Source of the DNA: Chromatiales bacterium
Lineage (GTDB): Bacteria; Pseudomonadota; Gammaproteobacteria; Steroidobacterales; GCA-2729495
Direction of reading: 5' to 3'
DNA: 64,000 nt
NCBI GenBank assembly: GCA_016789885.1
Contig: JAEUPZ010000027.1
Span: 98-64,097 of the forward strand
Every line of letters begins with the position of its first letter. The first letter of the stretch is position 1. The position numbers and the translations under genes were made by a program. The notes beneath the pieces are model-generated. The model was not told the DNA's origin. It searched no databases and worked only from the letters and a program-made list of their open reading frames with translations. This document shows, in pieces, positions 62,008 through 64,000 of the stretch.

Positions 62008-63216
62008 CTACCGGACCAGAAGACCTGCCGCGATGGCGAGGGACACTAACCCCACCGGCAGGCCGACGCGGGCGTGGGTGCGCCAGTCGATGGTCACGCC
62101 GGCGCGGCGGGCGTTCTCGACGACGATGATGTTGGCGATGCTGCCGACGATGAGCAGGTTGCCGGCGAGGGTGCTGGCGACGGCGAGTACCGGGCCGGCG
62201 GTGTCGAACGTCGCGACGGGCAGCAGCAGCATGACGGCGGGCACGTTCGAGACGAGGTTCGACAGCACGACGGTGACGGCGAAGAACCAGCCGGGGGCTG
62301 CCACGTCGACGCCGAGGCCCTGCAGCCAGGCGACGGCGGCCGCCGGTGCAGGCGTGGCCTGCAGGCTTGCGTTGACGACGAAGAGGCCGGCGAAGAGCAC
62401 CAGCAGCTGCCAGTCCACCTGGCCCAGCATGTCGCGGCTCGCCACGCGGCGGCTGGCCAGCAGTACGCCGGCGCCGGCCAGGGCCGCCACTTCGCGGGGC
62501 CAGTCCGTGAGCAGGAAGACCGCGAGCAGCGCCAGCGCCACGGCGAGCCCCTTCGCCGACTGCCACGCATCGAAGGGCTCGTGGACCGCTGCGCCCGGTA
62601 CCGGCTCCGCGGCCACCGCCAGCGGAAACGCCGCCCGCACCACGCCCCAGGTGATCACGAGCCCGGCCAGCGTCGGCAGCGCCGCCGTCGCGAGGTAAGT
62701 CCCGAAGTCGAGCCGCAGCGCTTCACCGACGAGGATGTTCTGCGGATTGCCGATCAGCGTCGCCGCCGAGCCGATGTTCGCCGCGCAGGCCAGCGCCAGC
62801 AGGTAGGGTACCGGCGAAAGCCCCCGCCGCCGGCACGCGTCGAGCAGCACCGGCCCCACGGCCAGGCACACGACGTCGTTGCTGAAGACCGCCGCCAGTG
62901 CCGCCACCACCGCGATGACCCCGGCCAGCACCGCCGACGGCCCCACTGCCCAGCCCGCCAGCCGCCCGGCCGTCCAGCCGAAGAAGCCCCCCAGCCGCAG
63001 CTGCGCCGAGATGACCATGAACGCAAACAGGATCGCCATGGTCGGCACGTCGATGGCCGCCGCGGCCTCGTCGAGGGTCACCGTCCCCGTGCCCAGCAGC
63101 ACCACCGCCCCCAGCAGCGCCACCCCCGTACGGTCGAGCTTCAGCCCCGGCAGCTCCCCCAGGAACATGCCGAGGTAGACCAGAAGGAAGACCGCGACGA
63201 CGCCGGTGTCGGGCAT
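62008..63216 (-). CDS. ArsB/NhaD-superfamily (SLC13/CitMHS-like) anion permease
   Basis: 402 aa with about 10-12 TM helices. Family-typical strings MFLGELPGLKLDRTGVALLGA, ACAANIGSAATLIGNPQN, VGSIANIIV. Confidence 0.8.
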   Translation of the reverse strand: MPDTGVVAVFLLVYLGMFLGELPGLKLDRTGVALLGAVVLLGTGTVTLDEAAAAIDVPTMAILFAFMVISAQLRLGGFFGWTAGRLAGWAVGPSAVLAGVIAVVAALAAVFSNDVVCLAVGPVLLDACRRRGLSPVPYLLALACAANIGSAATLIGNPQNILVGEALRLDFGTYLATAALPTLAGLVITWGVVRAAFPLAVAAEPVPGAAVHEPFDAWQSAKGLAVALALLAVFLLTDWPREVAALAGAGVLLASRRVASRDMLGQVDWQLLVLFAGLFVVNASLQATPAPAAAVAWLQGLGVDVAAPGWFFAVTVVLSNLVSNVPAVMLLLPVATFDTAGPVLAVASTLAGNLLIVGSIANIIVVENARRAGVTIDWRTHARVGLPVGLVSLAIAAGLLVR

Positions 63217-63242
63217 ATCGGGCGCAAGTGCTGACCACGGCG

Positions 63243-63575
63243 CTAACGTAGCGCCAGGAACCCCTCGTCAGGGTGGGCGACGAAGTCCGCGATCAGCGCG
63301 ACATGCCGGCGCAGCAGCTGAAGAACGTCCGCAGTTCGGCAGTTGCCCAGCCGCAACCACACGACCTTTGGCGGAGGTCCCAGCAGAACGCTCAGCCGAT
63401 GGAAGTCATCATCCTTGGTAACGAGAATCAGGTCATTGGACGCCGCAAAGTCCCAGATGGCCCGGTCCGCGGCTCCAGCCAGTCCGACATGGCTGACGTG
63501 CAGAGAGTCCGGGTAAAGGTCGCCCAGGTTACTGGCCAGCCGCGCTGCGAGGTGTTCATCAAGCAGCAGCCGCAT
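63243..63575 (-). CDS. DUF5615-family PIN-like toxin candidate
   Basis: 110 aa. MRLLLDEHL...IWDFAASNDLILVTKDDDF pattern, typical of the Mut7-C/PIN-like partners of DUF433. Confidence 0.7.
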   Translation of the reverse strand: MRLLLDEHLAARLASNLGDLYPDSLHVSHVGLAGAADRAIWDFAASNDLILVTKDDDFHRLSVLLGPPPKVVWLRLGNCRTADVLQLLRRHVALIADFVAHPDEGFLALR

Positions 63576-63617
63576 GGGGGCCGAGTCTCAATGGGCAGTG
63601 ACGAGCCGGGGGTAGCG

Positions 63618-63875
63618 TCAGAACCCGGTGGCCAGGCGCCGTTCGCGTTCAGCCGCAAACGCCAGGCACGCGCGGATGTCTTCACTCGACAGCTGCGGAA
63701 AGTCAGACAGGATCTCGCCTTCGGTCATGCCCCCGGCCAGATAGGACAGGACGTCCTCCACCGTGATCCGGGTGCCGCGGACGACCGGCTTCCCAAACCG
63801 GATCGACGGATCAATGACGATGCGCTGGTCGGCGTCCATACGGCGACAGTACGCCCGAGCTTCGGAAGCGGTCAA
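63618..63875 (-). CDS. DUF433-family antitoxin candidate
   Basis: IVIDPSIRFGKPVVRGTRITVEDVLSYLAGGMTEGEILSDFPQLSSEDIRACLAFA is the DUF433 signature. The true start may be the Met at 63839. Confidence 0.75.
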   Translation of the reverse strand: MTASEARAYCRRMDADQRIVIDPSIRFGKPVVRGTRITVEDVLSYLAGGMTEGEILSDFPQLSSEDIRACLAFAAERERRLATGF

Positions 63876-64000
63876 GGCGGCCCCGGGCCGGGATACGGGG
63901 ACAGTTCACCAAATCATCTCGCCCGGCCGGAAGGAGACTCTCGCAGTCGGGGAAGTCGGTGAGCTGTTCCCGGTTTTGCGCAGCGCCCGGCCACCGACAT

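Noticed and set aside
63876-64000. Possible partial gene at the right edge of the window, and similarly at 1-196 on the left edge.
   Set aside because: The fragments are too short and have no recognisable motif, so they cannot be supported.

Overview
High-GC (about 70%) proteobacterial chromosomal window. Gene content suggests a Gammaproteobacterium, but I cannot place it further from sequence alone. I support about 60 CDSs, one tRNA-Ala(CGC), several intrinsic terminators and a few operator-like repeats. I saw no rRNA, CRISPR array, transposase, integrase or phage gene.

Layout:
- (1) 0.2-6.7 kb: TonB-dependent receptor, OsmC, SYLF protein, PepSY protein and a PhoPQ-like two-component system.
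- (2) 6.7-30.8 kb: an uninterrupted ~24-kb block made almost entirely of exported or envelope proteins. It has three parts: (a) a minus-strand operon with a Tat-exported DUF1501-like protein, a di-CxxCH/LamG lipoprotein, a DUF1588-like CxxCH protein and a Zn-ribbon/methyltransferase/PqqD-like protein; (b) a divergent 7-gene operon with a beta-propeller di-CxxCH lipoprotein, two OM beta-barrels and TlpA-DUF4266-DUF3570-ApbE; (c) a second TlpA-like gene followed by small secreted proteins, three TPR proteins, one TolQ-like and two TolR-like genes, and an AgmX/PglI-type TonB-like protein.
- (3) 30.8-44.5 kb: mixed genes. These include a bilin-reductase-like protein next to a 2Fe-2S ferredoxin, a CpxRA-like system with a divergent 37-aa membrane peptide, an acyl-CoA dehydrogenase pair, and tRNA-Ala followed by ParDE.
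- (4) 44.6-57.8 kb: an exosortase locus with four VPLPA-type C-terminal sorting-signal proteins, an exosortase-EpsI fusion, WecB and two PrsT-like TPR lipoproteins.
- (5) 58-64 kb: CoA-transferase, a CNNM/hemolysin-family protein, an anion permease and two more toxin-antitoxin pairs.

Best candidate for an undescribed system: the 6.7-30.8 kb envelope supercluster. Its TolQ/TolR/TolR + AgmX-type TonB-like + TPR + OM-barrel content parallels the Myxococcus Agl-Glt/Nfs machinery, yet it is physically joined to an extracytoplasmic heme/flavin/thiol redox module. All functional calls rest on motif-level recognition of the translated ORFs. No database search was run.
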